A DNA stretch of 52,013 nucleotides, taken from Minisyncoccota bacterium (GTDB taxonomy: Bacteria > Patescibacteriota > Minisyncoccia > Phycocordibacterales > UBA9973). The position numbers and the translations under genes were made by a program. Positions within the stretch are counted from its first letter, which is position 1. The number at the start of each line of letters is the position of its first letter. The stretch lies in assembly GCA_041666225.1 (NCBI GenBank), contig JBAYHJ010000006.1, positions 1 to 52,013 on the forward strand, written 5' to 3'. Below are positions 19,842 through 28,729 of the stretch, in pieces. The notes under the pieces were generated by a model. That model saw nothing but the letters and a program-made list of their open reading frames with translations. It was not told where the DNA came from and made no database searches.

Positions 19842-19870
19842 ATTATATTCCAATTTACCCATTTATTCAA
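19842..19870 (-). promoter_or_regulatory. Promoter of paralog 3: TTGAAT-17-TATAAT, 6 nt before ATG (leaderless architecture)
   Basis: Minus strand has TTGAAT (19870-19865), a 17-nt spacer, TATAAT (19847-19842), 6 nt, then ATG at 19835. Confidence 0.5.
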
Positions 19871-19915
19871 TGTGTATCTGAATTTAGACATATGTTTTAA
19901 CCTTATGTTTTAAAA

Positions 19916-19951
19916 TTCTATAAATTTACGCATATGCGTAAATTTATAGAA
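19916..19951. promoter_or_regulatory. Perfect 36-bp palindrome TTCTATAAATTTACGCAT|ATGCGTAAATTTATAGAA
   Basis: I verified base by base that it is its own reverse complement. Degenerate copies occur upstream of paralogs 2 and 4. It lies between the paralog 4 stop and the paralog 3 promoter. Confidence 0.6.
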
Positions 19952-20010
19952 ACGTAAATTATGTTATGTTTTATATTAAGAATACCCCAAGACCCTTGTA
20001 ACACTATTGT

Positions 20011-21759
20011 TTAATATACTTCTTGCTGATAACATTTTTCACAATAAACAATCTCAGGTCTTTCTGGAGAGTATGATGTTTCAAATTCGTTAGTACAATT
20101 TACCCCGCCCTCATGGCGGTGGCCAGGATTCTTACACATACAAGATCTATGCCAGAGCTTCATTGGGTTACGTTTTTTGAGTCTGCTTTCATGGCGACAA
20201 TTTGGACAGTACCTTGGTAAGGATAAATTCATTTGTTTATAAAATTGGAATTCTGTTTTTGTTATTTTAAATGCACTTGTACAAGTATCTGAAAAGTGAC
20301 CACACTCAATAATTTGATCTAAAATAGAATCAGTAGCTTCATTTATGTTTTTAGGGATTTCATTATTTTTCATTGTAATTTTATAATTTCTTTCATCTCT
20401 TTCCCTCCAACGATATCCCAAGTCTAAGGCTTCTTCTTTTGAAAGAGGAAATACTTCTTGAATGATTGATTCATTATAAGCAAAAGGAGAAAATTCTATC
20501 GGAAAAAATTCTCCATATTTATATTCAATACCCCTTTCGTTAATATATGGCATATCATTCATATGTTTTATTATCTTTTCTCGTAATTTAAAATATTCTT
20601 CTTTCGTATATTGTTTATTAAAAATACAATATTCCTTATTGCGAAGACCTATACAACCAAAGATATCATGACAACCTACCGAATAGTGACAATACTCAAG
20701 AGAACGGCCTTCAGGAAAACATCCATTTGAAAAGAGAACATGATTGAGGTTCGTCCCACTTTTTACAGTCTCATATACTTCAATTGAATTTTCACCATAA
20801 AATGAATAATCATAACAATCTTTTGTGGTTGGAAGATAGGTAAGAAAACAATATTTTGAATCTTCAACCCCGTTGGATTGATAAATCATTTTTGAATTTT
20901 TAGAATGATTAACATAGTCACCAGTCACCTCAATATTTTGCTTCCCGTGTATGTATTTTTGAGGATATTTAATAGAAGCCTCATAAATTTCTTTTAAAAT
21001 AATATCAACATCTTTAGAAGAAAAATCTGTGAGTTCAATAATTTTTTTAATGTATTCTTCTTTTGTGTATTGAACATTTTCAATACAGTTTTGTTTATTT
21101 CTTAAGTTAGTACACTTAAAACAATTAGAGCACCCTACAAGATTTTTGGAGAAATAAATATCGAAAGAATCCTCACAGTCAATAGAATAAAAAGCTCGAT
21201 AACATTTTTTTACATTAACACATTCATAACAATGTTCACTTTCGTAAATCATATAGCAATCAAAACAATTCTTGACATCTGCACTGGTATCACAATAAGA
21301 TGAATCTTCAACTCGGTCTGCGTAAAATACTAAATAAGCATTTTTTAGCCTCCCTGCTCCATTACAATATGGACTATTCACCATTGAAGGTTGCTCTACA
21401 CCCAAAGACATCCATGGTACTTGTCCAAGTATTTCTTTCATCTGCTCAAAAAATGGTTTAGAAAAATCATAATCGCGAGCATAAGAAAAAGGGTCCCAGC
21501 CATCACTCCACCAACAAGTATTACAATATATGGTTATTGGTTCACTATCGTGATACATACTGAAAGTTTCCTTTTTACAAAGTCCGCAAACTCTTTTATA
21601 CAAAGCACGTTTATTATAGTGATATAGACGCCTTTTAAGTCGACAATCAGGGCAAAATGTTGGTGGAGGAACTTTGATCTTTTCATAGAAAGAAAAATCA
21701 TCTGGCTCAATAGTGAAGTCATTTTTGCAATTCTGGCAATTTCTTGTTTCTGAATTCAT
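20011..21759 (-). CDS. Cys-rich zinc-ribbon/repeat protein family, paralog 4
   Basis: 582 aa. MNSETRNCQNCKNDFTIEPDDFSFYEKIKVPPPTFCPDCR ... YCEKCYQQEVY, with two CxxC..C..L(R)NK..CI.N.QYTKEEY blocks. Confidence 0.85.
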   Translation of the reverse strand: MNSETRNCQNCKNDFTIEPDDFSFYEKIKVPPPTFCPDCRLKRRLYHYNKRALYKRVCGLCKKETFSMYHDSEPITIYCNTCWWSDGWDPFSYARDYDFSKPFFEQMKEILGQVPWMSLGVEQPSMVNSPYCNGAGRLKNAYLVFYADRVEDSSYCDTSADVKNCFDCYMIYESEHCYECVNVKKCYRAFYSIDCEDSFDIYFSKNLVGCSNCFKCTNLRNKQNCIENVQYTKEEYIKKIIELTDFSSKDVDIILKEIYEASIKYPQKYIHGKQNIEVTGDYVNHSKNSKMIYQSNGVEDSKYCFLTYLPTTKDCYDYSFYGENSIEVYETVKSGTNLNHVLFSNGCFPEGRSLEYCHYSVGCHDIFGCIGLRNKEYCIFNKQYTKEEYFKLREKIIKHMNDMPYINERGIEYKYGEFFPIEFSPFAYNESIIQEVFPLSKEEALDLGYRWRERDERNYKITMKNNEIPKNINEATDSILDQIIECGHFSDTCTSAFKITKTEFQFYKQMNLSLPRYCPNCRHESRLKKRNPMKLWHRSCMCKNPGHRHEGGVNCTNEFETSYSPERPEIVYCEKCYQQEVY

Positions 21760-21765
21760 ATATAA

Positions 21766-21794
21766 ATTATATGCTAATCTACCTATTTATTCAA
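21766..21794 (-). promoter_or_regulatory. Promoter of paralog 4: TTGAAT-17-TATAAT, 6 nt before ATG
   Basis: Minus strand has TTGAAT (21794-21789), a 17-nt spacer, TATAAT (21771-21766), 6 nt, then ATG at 21759. Confidence 0.5.
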
Positions 21795-21805
21795 TATATT
21801 TTAAA

Positions 21806-21841
21806 TTCTATTTTTTTATACATATGCGAGAATTAATAGAA
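21806..21841. promoter_or_regulatory. Degenerate copy of the 36-bp palindromic motif
   Basis: ttctatttttttatacatatgcgagaattaatagaa, 11 nt upstream of the paralog 4 -35 box. Confidence 0.45.
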
Positions 21842-21986
21842 ATATAAATTATATATTAAGAAATCCCCCAGATAGTGCCCCAAGCACTCTCTGTAAAAAA
21901 GGTTTTTAATAGAATAACCTTCCGCGATTCGAACCGTCTCGGTCGCTGAGAAAGGGTCTAATAATATACCTTTTAATAATAACACA

Positions 21987-22856
21987 TTATTCAAGAGGAA
22001 CTGCATCAGAAACATCTTGCTGGTCTGGATATTCATTTTTTAATCTTTCAATATCCTCCTCTTCCATCTGCCAACCAAGAGAGCTTAGATTTTCATTAAG
22101 ATGATCAACACTGCGTGTTTTTGAGAGTGTAATTACATACGGTTGAGAAATAAGCCAATTAATAGCAACCTGTGCAGGTGTCTTGTTATATTTATCACAC
22201 ATTTCTTTTAAAATTGGTGGTATATTTTCTAGAAGTAATCCTTTTTGTACTGGTCTCCAAGCACTAATAAAAACATCATTGTTTTGACAATATTCAATAA
22301 GACCCTTTCTTTCGGGTTCACGAAAGATAAAATTATAATGAACTTGATCACATACAATTTTATTTTTAGTATAACTCTGAGCTTCCGCTAGGTGCTCTTT
22401 TGTAAAATTACATACTCCAATATGTTTAATAAAACCATCTTCCACAAGTTTATCTAAAGCTCTCATCGAATCTTTCAATGGAATATCTTTGTTATATCGA
22501 TGTAATAAATATAAATCAAGGTAATCTGTTTGGAGTCTTTCGAGGCTCTGCTTACAAGATTTTAAAATATCTTCGTACCCTAAGTTTTTCTGTTGTACTT
22601 TTGATACGAGAAAAATTTCAGATCTATCATATCCTTTTATTGCCTTACCAACCAATATTTCTGTGTATCCATCTGCATATATTTCAGCGGTATCAATATG
22701 AGTTACTCCTGAATCTAATGCTGATCTAATACCTAAAATATCAGCTTCATCATCATTAGAAATATCATGTTCATTACGACCTCCCATCTGCCAAGTTCCA
22801 AAACCAAATACTGGCATTTCAAATCCTGTTTTAAGTTTTTTTGTAGGAATTTTCAT
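21987..22856 (-). CDS. Aldo/keto reductase
   Basis: 289 aa with FGTWQMGG, HIDTAEIY and LDLYLLHR, typical AKR motifs. Confidence 0.9.
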   Translation of the reverse strand: MKIPTKKLKTGFEMPVFGFGTWQMGGRNEHDISNDDEADILGIRSALDSGVTHIDTAEIYADGYTEILVGKAIKGYDRSEIFLVSKVQQKNLGYEDILKSCKQSLERLQTDYLDLYLLHRYNKDIPLKDSMRALDKLVEDGFIKHIGVCNFTKEHLAEAQSYTKNKIVCDQVHYNFIFREPERKGLIEYCQNNDVFISAWRPVQKGLLLENIPPILKEMCDKYNKTPAQVAINWLISQPYVITLSKTRSVDHLNENLSSLGWQMEEEDIERLKNEYPDQQDVSDAVPLE

Positions 22857-22859
22857 ATA

Positions 22860-23645
22860 TTATAATTTACCCATTTGTACAATATCTAATAATTCTTTAT
22901 GTAAAATTCCATTTGAAACTATGCAACCAATACCGTCCTGATCATATCTTCTCTCCTCTCCATTTAAATCAGTAACTTTTCCTCCTGCTTCTTCAGTAAT
23001 AATTTTTAAAGCGGCGACATCATGACCATATTCTTTAAAAAATACAGCTCCAATATATTTACCATTTGCTACTTGGATACCGCCATAGATAAAGGATGGA
23101 AATTTCATGACGGCACATTTCTTTTCACTTAAAGTTTTAATAAGTGGTAGGTTTGAAAAACCAACAGACCATCCTGAAGCTGCTGTATTTAAATATGTAT
23201 TTTTTAATATGGAATTATTTGCTACAGATATCTTTTTACCGTTTCTATAAGCTCCACCATCTTTATAAGCCCAATACATGTTTTTCATTATTGGGTCATT
23301 TATCAATCCTAAAATAGGTAAACCATTTGATTGGTCTACTAATGCAATTGAAAAAACAAATGTTGGTATTCCACAGGAAAAAGCCATTGTCCCATCTATT
23401 GGATCACAAACCCAAATATATTTAGAGTTTTCTTTTATCTCACTTTTTTCTTCTCCATAAATACTATGTTCTGGATAAATTTCGTTTATTTTTTTAATTA
23501 CTAAATCATTTATTTCTGTGTCTGCTTTTGTAAGAGGTGTATTGTCCTCTTTCCATGTACTATCAACCTCAAAACTAAAATATCTTAAGGCAATTTCTTC
23601 TGCTTCTTTTGCTAACTTTTTTGCAAATTCTAAATATTGTTCCAT
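22860..23645 (-). CDS. Inositol monophosphatase family protein
   Basis: 261 aa with EE...(metal site), WVCDPIDGT, and a C-terminal region resembling the IMPase/SuhB family. Confidence 0.85.
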   Translation of the reverse strand: MEQYLEFAKKLAKEAEEIALRYFSFEVDSTWKEDNTPLTKADTEINDLVIKKINEIYPEHSIYGEEKSEIKENSKYIWVCDPIDGTMAFSCGIPTFVFSIALVDQSNGLPILGLINDPIMKNMYWAYKDGGAYRNGKKISVANNSILKNTYLNTAASGWSVGFSNLPLIKTLSEKKCAVMKFPSFIYGGIQVANGKYIGAVFFKEYGHDVAALKIITEEAGGKVTDLNGEERRYDQDGIGCIVSNGILHKELLDIVQMGKL

Positions 23646-23939
23646 TTTTTTATTATATATTCTTTATGAAAAAATAACCAACCCTTTCGGGACACCTAGT
23701 AATCCCTACCTCTAGGGATTAGAACTTTGGAGTTTTTAAGTTTTAGATTGATAATAAAGAATATTATTGAATTTTAAACCTTCAAGGTCTAGAACCAAAA
23801 TTCTAGCATTTTCTAAAAAACCTAGACTGTATAGGTCTATTTTTTAGTCGCTGACTACTGGGTCCTATACTCGCAGAGCTTCAACTATTATGTTTAAAAG
23901 AGATAGATTTCTCTACTACTTAAAAGTATTTATTAATAT

Positions 23940-24013
23940 TGGGAGGTATATGGGATTTGCACCCATGATAGCTCTTCCACAGAGAGCTGTGTTACTACTA
24001 CACTAATACCTCC
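23940..24013 (-). tRNA. tRNA-His (GTG) with encoded G-1; non-canonical D and T loops
   Basis: Hand fold: G-1 plus acceptor GAGGTAT/ATACCTC with C73, anticodon stem GCTCT/AGAGC, loop CTGTGGA. The T loop is TGCAAAT (not TTC) and the D loop AGTAGTA lacks GG. Confidence 0.7.
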
Positions 24014-24099
24014 ATAACTTACTCTATTTAAATATTAGAGTGACTACATCTTTATACCAGAAAAACTCCTATAAATCTAGGGTCTTATATTGATTAGAT

Positions 24100-26199
24100 T
24101 TATTTACAAACTGTCCCAGTTGGTGGAGCAGTTAATTCTTTCGCAGCACCTGTACTATCTACACAATATAAATATTTATATTCTTCGGGAATTTGAGCTG
24201 AGGAATCATAATTGTTATAGATAGGAATTGCAAATGACCAATCTTTTGATGTTCCATAACAAAAACCAACCCCATTCGTTGTTTTTAATATTTTGTTTAA
24301 TAACTCTGAAATAGAACTAACTTCAGTGGTTGCTTTTTTTGTATGACCAATAGGTGAAAATAAAGACCCTGAACTTGGATTCATACAACTTCCATCTGCG
24401 TTTGATTTACTTCCATAAACCCTCTCTACATTAAATAAGTTAGTGGCAAGTTGCTTAAATGAAGATGTATCATTTTTAATTTTTGCCACTTCTGTATCAT
24501 TTATAAAATCTGTCATTAAAATAGACTTCTCTGGCATAAATATATTATTAGCAATATCAAAATCGTAATAAGTTGTTTTTAATGAAATATTTACCTTATT
24601 ATCACCTATACTTTTATCTTCAAAACCTATAATCTTCGAAAGAGGAACACTCAAATTTACATTGTATTGATATATATTATTATCTCCCTTTCCAACCCAA
24701 ACTTCAAAAGAATCTACCATCACAGAACCTAATATTTTTGATGAACTATCTTTTTCCTCATCAGAAATGTTTAATAAAAAATTATCTGAAATTTTACTTA
24801 ATAATTTTTTGGTTAACTGTCGGTCTGGAGTTATTTGATAATGATAAGTATCTACCCCTTTTATACTATCTTCTCCCTTTTCTATAACTTCTGCATTATT
24901 TATAAATTCATCGTATACACTGAGTGTTTCATCATCTAAATAAGAAGCAATCCCATTGGACAAAACTTTATATATATCAATCTTTTCAACTTTTGGTTTT
25001 AACCATCCAGAAAACAGTGATGACAACAAACCCGCTTCATTCTCATTCACTTTAATAACAACAGAACCTGGAGCTCCATCTTTCATTATCTGACTTAAAT
25101 CAGGAATAGATATAAATAAACTTGAGCCATTACTTTTTACATCTGTGGTAATGTAGTTTGGCAAAAGAGAACCTTTTAAAGTTATAAAACTATCAGAAAA
25201 AAGATCCTCTCCATTTTGATTTATAATGCCCATAATATTGATAGAGATAGAATCTTTATCTTGCGAAGAAACAGTTTCCCCACTAACCAACCCAGATGAG
25301 ATATTTGAAAAAGACGGAGAAGACACTTCTACACTTGTTTCTGTTTTATATGATTTTAAAGAAGATAAAACTTTTGAATTATTCAATAATAATATTTTGG
25401 GATCTTTTTTAATAAAAGGAATATTAAAATTTTTAAGACTTATATACCCCCCAGCAAAAACCCATACCCCACCAGAAAGAAGGAGTACAATTATTAGAGC
25501 AATGATCCATTTAACTGTATTATTATTTTTTTTATTGACTACTTCATATTTTGTTTTATCTACAGATGACATATCTTTTTCATATGAAGACAACATCGCT
25601 ATCTGAGATAAATTTTTTACAGGATAATTTTTGATGACATTATCAGTTGTTTCCTTTGTAGCTATAGGTATTGAATTATCTTTTGAAACGACAGAACCAA
25701 AAGAGTCAATTGCAACCTTAGGTATCAAGGCTGGAATTAATTCTTCTTTTTTAATAACTTCAATAAAGGTGTCTTTGGTCTCTTCTTTATCCAAAGGGGT
25801 GTTTATTTTTTGATTTACTATTTCTTCATTTTTTATCACAGGAACATTTTTAGGTATCCAAACCTTACTTACTTCTTTTTCTTCTTTGGGTATTTCTATT
25901 TTTATAGTATCAGCTTGTGATAATTCAATTTTCTCATCAACATTAATATCGGCAGAAAAAGAATCATGATAATGATCTTCTTTTTTGACTTCAATTTTTT
26001 CTGGGACAACAGCAACTACGGTTTCATTAATTTTAGGAACAATAACTTCTGCTTTAAATTCTAATTCAATAATAGAAAAAGCTTCATCGATATCTCCCTT
26101 ATGCCAACCAGCATTAATAAGCTTAGATATAATTAAATCTTTTGATACATTATTTCCAATTTGTTTTTTTATATAAGAAATCAATTCACTAGTTGTCAT
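24100..26199 (-). CDS. Large single-pass membrane protein of unknown function
   Basis: 699 aa. A small N-terminal domain (MTTSELISYIKKQIG...GWHKGDIDEAF), a charged linker, a TM segment WIIALIIVLLLSGGVWVFAGGYI, and a large C-terminal domain containing four cysteines. Confidence 0.5.
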   Translation of the reverse strand: MTTSELISYIKKQIGNNVSKDLIISKLINAGWHKGDIDEAFSIIELEFKAEVIVPKINETVVAVVPEKIEVKKEDHYHDSFSADINVDEKIELSQADTIKIEIPKEEKEVSKVWIPKNVPVIKNEEIVNQKINTPLDKEETKDTFIEVIKKEELIPALIPKVAIDSFGSVVSKDNSIPIATKETTDNVIKNYPVKNLSQIAMLSSYEKDMSSVDKTKYEVVNKKNNNTVKWIIALIIVLLLSGGVWVFAGGYISLKNFNIPFIKKDPKILLLNNSKVLSSLKSYKTETSVEVSSPSFSNISSGLVSGETVSSQDKDSISINIMGIINQNGEDLFSDSFITLKGSLLPNYITTDVKSNGSSLFISIPDLSQIMKDGAPGSVVIKVNENEAGLLSSLFSGWLKPKVEKIDIYKVLSNGIASYLDDETLSVYDEFINNAEVIEKGEDSIKGVDTYHYQITPDRQLTKKLLSKISDNFLLNISDEEKDSSSKILGSVMVDSFEVWVGKGDNNIYQYNVNLSVPLSKIIGFEDKSIGDNKVNISLKTTYYDFDIANNIFMPEKSILMTDFINDTEVAKIKNDTSSFKQLATNLFNVERVYGSKSNADGSCMNPSSGSLFSPIGHTKKATTEVSSISELLNKILKTTNGVGFCYGTSKDWSFAIPIYNNYDSSAQIPEEYKYLYCVDSTGAAKELTAPPTGTVCK

Positions 26200-26258
26200 A
26201 CATTTATATTATACCCCATAGAGAAAATTTAAAAAAGCATTACTAGAGTAAATAGGGC

Positions 26259-26831
26259 TTAAAATTGATACACGTACAATTTGCGACCAAGTTTATATTT
26301 ACTTCTGCCGAGATCTACCTCAAAAAGAGGAGGTTTATTCGTGAATTTAAAAGAAAGAGATACGAGTTTAGTCCCAGGTTTTAATTCTTTATCAAATTTT
26401 GCAAGCAAATCATCCATCACATCTGGATATAAATATGTAAAAATATGTGTGGCATTTGATAAATCTTTTTTAAAAAAATCTGCCCTAAGTATATCGACAC
26501 TATTACTCGTTCTCTTTTTATTTAAATATGATTCCGCCTTTGCCAACAAAAATGGGAACATTCCATTTTCTATTCCAATATATTTTGCCCCAGGACAGAT
26601 CTTGGATAAATAAAATAAAACTCGCCCATCTCCACACCCAAGGTCATAAACGACACTTCCATCTTTAACCTCCATCGCTTTTGTGATATCCTTTAAAACT
26701 GCAATTGAAGAAGTTACGAAGGGAGCTTTGTTTTTAAAATTTCCAATTGCCCACATTACAAACAAAACAATTATAATAATTAAAAATATTAACAAAACAA
26801 TTTGAGACACATAAATTAAAAAATTAAGCAT
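26259..26831 (-). CDS. Class I SAM-dependent methyltransferase with N-terminal TM helix
   Basis: 190 aa with a VYDLGCGDGRV glycine-rich SAM motif and a hydrophobic N-terminus. Confidence 0.75.
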   Translation of the reverse strand: MLNFLIYVSQIVLLIFLIIIIVLFVMWAIGNFKNKAPFVTSSIAVLKDITKAMEVKDGSVVYDLGCGDGRVLFYLSKICPGAKYIGIENGMFPFLLAKAESYLNKKRTSNSVDILRADFFKKDLSNATHIFTYLYPDVMDDLLAKFDKELKPGTKLVSLSFKFTNKPPLFEVDLGRSKYKLGRKLYVYQF

Positions 26832-26866
26832 AGTATTATTATACTATAAAATTCATTATAATTTTG

Positions 26867-26950
26867 TGCGCGGGAGAGGATTTGAACCTCCACACCCTTA
26901 CGGGCACATCCACCTCAAGGATGCTTGTCTACCAGTTTCAACACCCGCGC
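26867..26950 (-). tRNA. tRNA-Leu (GAG)
   Basis: Hand fold of the reverse complement: acceptor GCGCGGG/CCCGCGC, anticodon stem CATCC/GGATG, loop TTGAGGT, long variable arm, T loop TTCAAAT. Confidence 0.85.
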
Positions 26951-26999
26951 ATTAAAAATACAATTTGAGTATAGTTTATTTTCTTACTTTTTTCAAATT

Positions 27000-27025
27000 A
27001 AAAATCCACCGCGAGGTGGATTTTT
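27000..27025 (-). terminator. Intrinsic terminator after rplS
   Basis: AAAAATCCACC-GCGA-GGTGGATTTTT hairpin flanked by A/T runs, usable on both strands. Confidence 0.7.
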
Positions 27026-27029
27026 AATT

Positions 27030-27443
27030 TTATTCTTCTGATTTAACTTCTTCAGCGACAACTTCCTTTGGTTCTTTTTTAGCAGAAAGAGTGATACTCT
27101 TTAATCTCTTCTTAACTTCTTTTACTGCTTTTGTTCTTATAAAATATAATTTACTTCGGCGAGTTTTTGATTTTCGGATAACTTCAATTTTATCAACATT
27201 TGGAGAGTAAAGTGGGAAAATACGTTCTACCCCAACACCTGAGGCAACTTTTCTGATTGTAAATGTTGCTCCAGATTCTGTCCCATGTTTTCTACAAAGA
27301 ACAAGACCTTCAAATGCCTGTAAGCGAGTTTTTCCTTTTTCTAAAATCTTACTCCATACACGAACAGTATCGCCAGCTTTAAAATCAAGCTTTTTGCGGT
27401 CTTCTTGTATAACGGGAGTAAATTGTTTTTTCGTTATTTCCAT
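27030..27443 (-). CDS. rplS: 50S ribosomal protein L19
   Basis: FKAGDTVRVWSKILEKGKTRLQAFEGLVLCRKHGTESGATFTIRK...GVERIFPLYSP is the L19 core. The preferred start MEITKK at 27443 avoids the overlap created by the track ORF start at 27497. Confidence 0.9.
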   Translation of the reverse strand: MEITKKQFTPVIQEDRKKLDFKAGDTVRVWSKILEKGKTRLQAFEGLVLCRKHGTESGATFTIRKVASGVGVERIFPLYSPNVDKIEVIRKSKTRRSKLYFIRTKAVKEVKKRLKSITLSAKKEPKEVVAEEVKSEE

Positions 27444-27483
27444 GGGGTTTACTTTATCATATATAGTCATTTTAAGCAAGATT

Positions 27484-28281
27484 TTACTTGTTTTCAATAT
27501 AAGTCTTTATTGTTTTCTTAAAATCAGTTGGTAGGGGTGACTCTATGGTCTTTAATTCTCCACTTGGTTGTGTAAAAGTTATAGAATATGCATGAAGGGC
27601 CAATCTTTTCATCCCAAGTGATAAATCTTTCGCTCCTCGATATATAGGGTCAGAAACAACTGGGTGATTTATATAACGCATATGCACACGAATCTGGTGA
27701 GTACGACCAGTCTTAGGGTAAGCTTCTATATATGTGTATTGATGATCAACTTCTTTTTCCTTTTCAGAATTTTTTGTATCTGTAAATTTATTTAAAATAA
27801 TATACTCGGTTACAGCATCTTTAAGTGGTTCACGTGCACCTCGGCCAGCCGTATAAGCTCTAATATCTTTTTGGGAACGACCAATTGGCACATTTATAAT
27901 CCCCCTTTTACCTGTGGCAAGTGAAGCTTTGGGATCAGATACATAACCATATACAAAAGCTCTATAAACTTTTTTAATTTTATGATTTTGAAATTGTTCT
28001 TTTAAAGAAAGAAATGTTTTTTGATTTTTTGCAATAATTAAGGCCCCAGATGTTTCTTTGTCTAGTCTGTGAACTATTCCGGGGCGAGGTATTTTTTCCT
28101 TTTTCCCGCCAGCACGTTCAATAACAAAAGGCTCCCCAATATTTTTAATACTTGGGTAGTTTAAAATTATCCAATCGGAAATAGTATCGGCTTTAGTTTT
28201 ACCATCTCCGTGAACCATTACTCCAGCTGGTTTATCTATCACCAAGACATTTTTGTCTTCAAATAAAATTTGAATTTTCAT
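27484..28281 (-). CDS. RluA-family pseudouridine synthase
   Basis: 265 aa with HRLDKETSGALIIAKN (catalytic Asp motif) and GRTHQIRVH. Confidence 0.9.
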   Translation of the reverse strand: MKIQILFEDKNVLVIDKPAGVMVHGDGKTKADTISDWIILNYPSIKNIGEPFVIERAGGKKEKIPRPGIVHRLDKETSGALIIAKNQKTFLSLKEQFQNHKIKKVYRAFVYGYVSDPKASLATGKRGIINVPIGRSQKDIRAYTAGRGAREPLKDAVTEYIILNKFTDTKNSEKEKEVDHQYTYIEAYPKTGRTHQIRVHMRYINHPVVSDPIYRGAKDLSLGMKRLALHAYSITFTQPSGELKTIESPLPTDFKKTIKTYIENK

Positions 28282-28349
28282 AACTACATCTTAACATATA
28301 GTTGAAATATATTATAAATATGCTATTATATTAAATATCCAATAATAAT

Positions 28350-28422
28350 GCGCGATTAGCTCAGTTGGTAGAGCAACTCATTTACACTGAGAAGGTCGGG
28401 GGTTCAAGTCCCTCATCGCGCA
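28350..28422 (+). tRNA. tRNA-Val (TAC)
   Basis: GCGCGAT acceptor, D loop AGTTGGTA, anticodon stem ACTCA/TGAGA with loop TTTACAC, T loop TTCAAGT. Confidence 0.9.
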
Positions 28423-28443
28423 CAGTGTCTAAAATAACCCCCT

Positions 28444-28515
28444 GCCCTTGTAGTTAAATGGATATAACTGCGGACTTCTAAGCCGTTATTGCAGGTTCGA
28501 TTCCTGCCGAGGGCA
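28444..28515 (+). tRNA. tRNA-Arg (TCT)
   Basis: Acceptor GCCCTTG/CGAGGGC, D loop AATGGATA, anticodon loop CTTCTAA, T arm GCAGG-TTCGATT-CCTGC. Confidence 0.85.
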
Positions 28516-28696
28516 CCTTAAACGAACTAAATGATTTTGAAGAGGATAAGGAGTGGGCGTTGCGAAGCAACGCCCACGCTGTTTCGCCCGTTTTCGCCAA
28601 TGAATTCTGGGTTCGGAATTCGGCACCGCCTTCGGCGGTGTGGATTGTTTTTTCGGAAAGGTGCGGGAGGAATGCGGGGCGGGGGCTGACACTATT
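28516..28696. repeat. Left GC-rich structured arm; its last 34 nt (28663-28696) are the perfect inverted repeat of 29834-29867
   Basis: Local hairpins are GTGGGCGTTGC-gaa-GCAACGCCCAC (28553-28577) and CACCGCC-ttc-GGCGGTG (28624-28640). The arm is far more GC-rich than its surroundings. Blocks 28541-28552 and 28593-28613 are complementary to the right arm. Confidence 0.6.
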
Positions 28697-28723
28697 TAAT
28701 ATAAAAAGTATATATGTTATAAT
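28695..28723 (+). promoter_or_regulatory. Candidate promoter of the bracketed gene (TTTAAT-17-TATAAT, 6 nt before ATG)
   Basis: TTTAAT 28695-28700, 17-nt spacer, TATAAT 28718-28723, 6 nt, ATG at 28730. No SD motif. Confidence 0.4.
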
Positions 28724-28729
28724 GATTAT

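Noticed and set aside
19916-19951. The 36-bp palindrome as nothing more than the intrinsic terminator of paralog 4
   Set aside because: Not fully rejected for this copy, since a T-run follows it on the minus strand. However, the degenerate copies at 7198 and 21806 cannot form a stable stem yet still keep the TTCTA...CATATGCG...AGAA blocks next to promoters. That fits a protein-binding site better.
21900-21965. tRNA-like fragment (minus strand ...GACGGTTCGAATCGCGG...) downstream of the aldo/keto reductase gene
   Set aside because: Only a GGTTCGAATC T-loop-like decamer is present. The flanking bases do not form a T stem, and no acceptor or anticodon arm can be drawn. The nearby AAGGTT...AACCTTTTTT hairpin explains the region as a terminator zone.
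21833-22036. 67-aa ORF 21833..22036 (-) overlapping the AKR stop and the terminator region
   Set aside because: It overlaps the 3' end of a well-supported gene in another frame, spans terminator hairpins, and gives a low-complexity translation.
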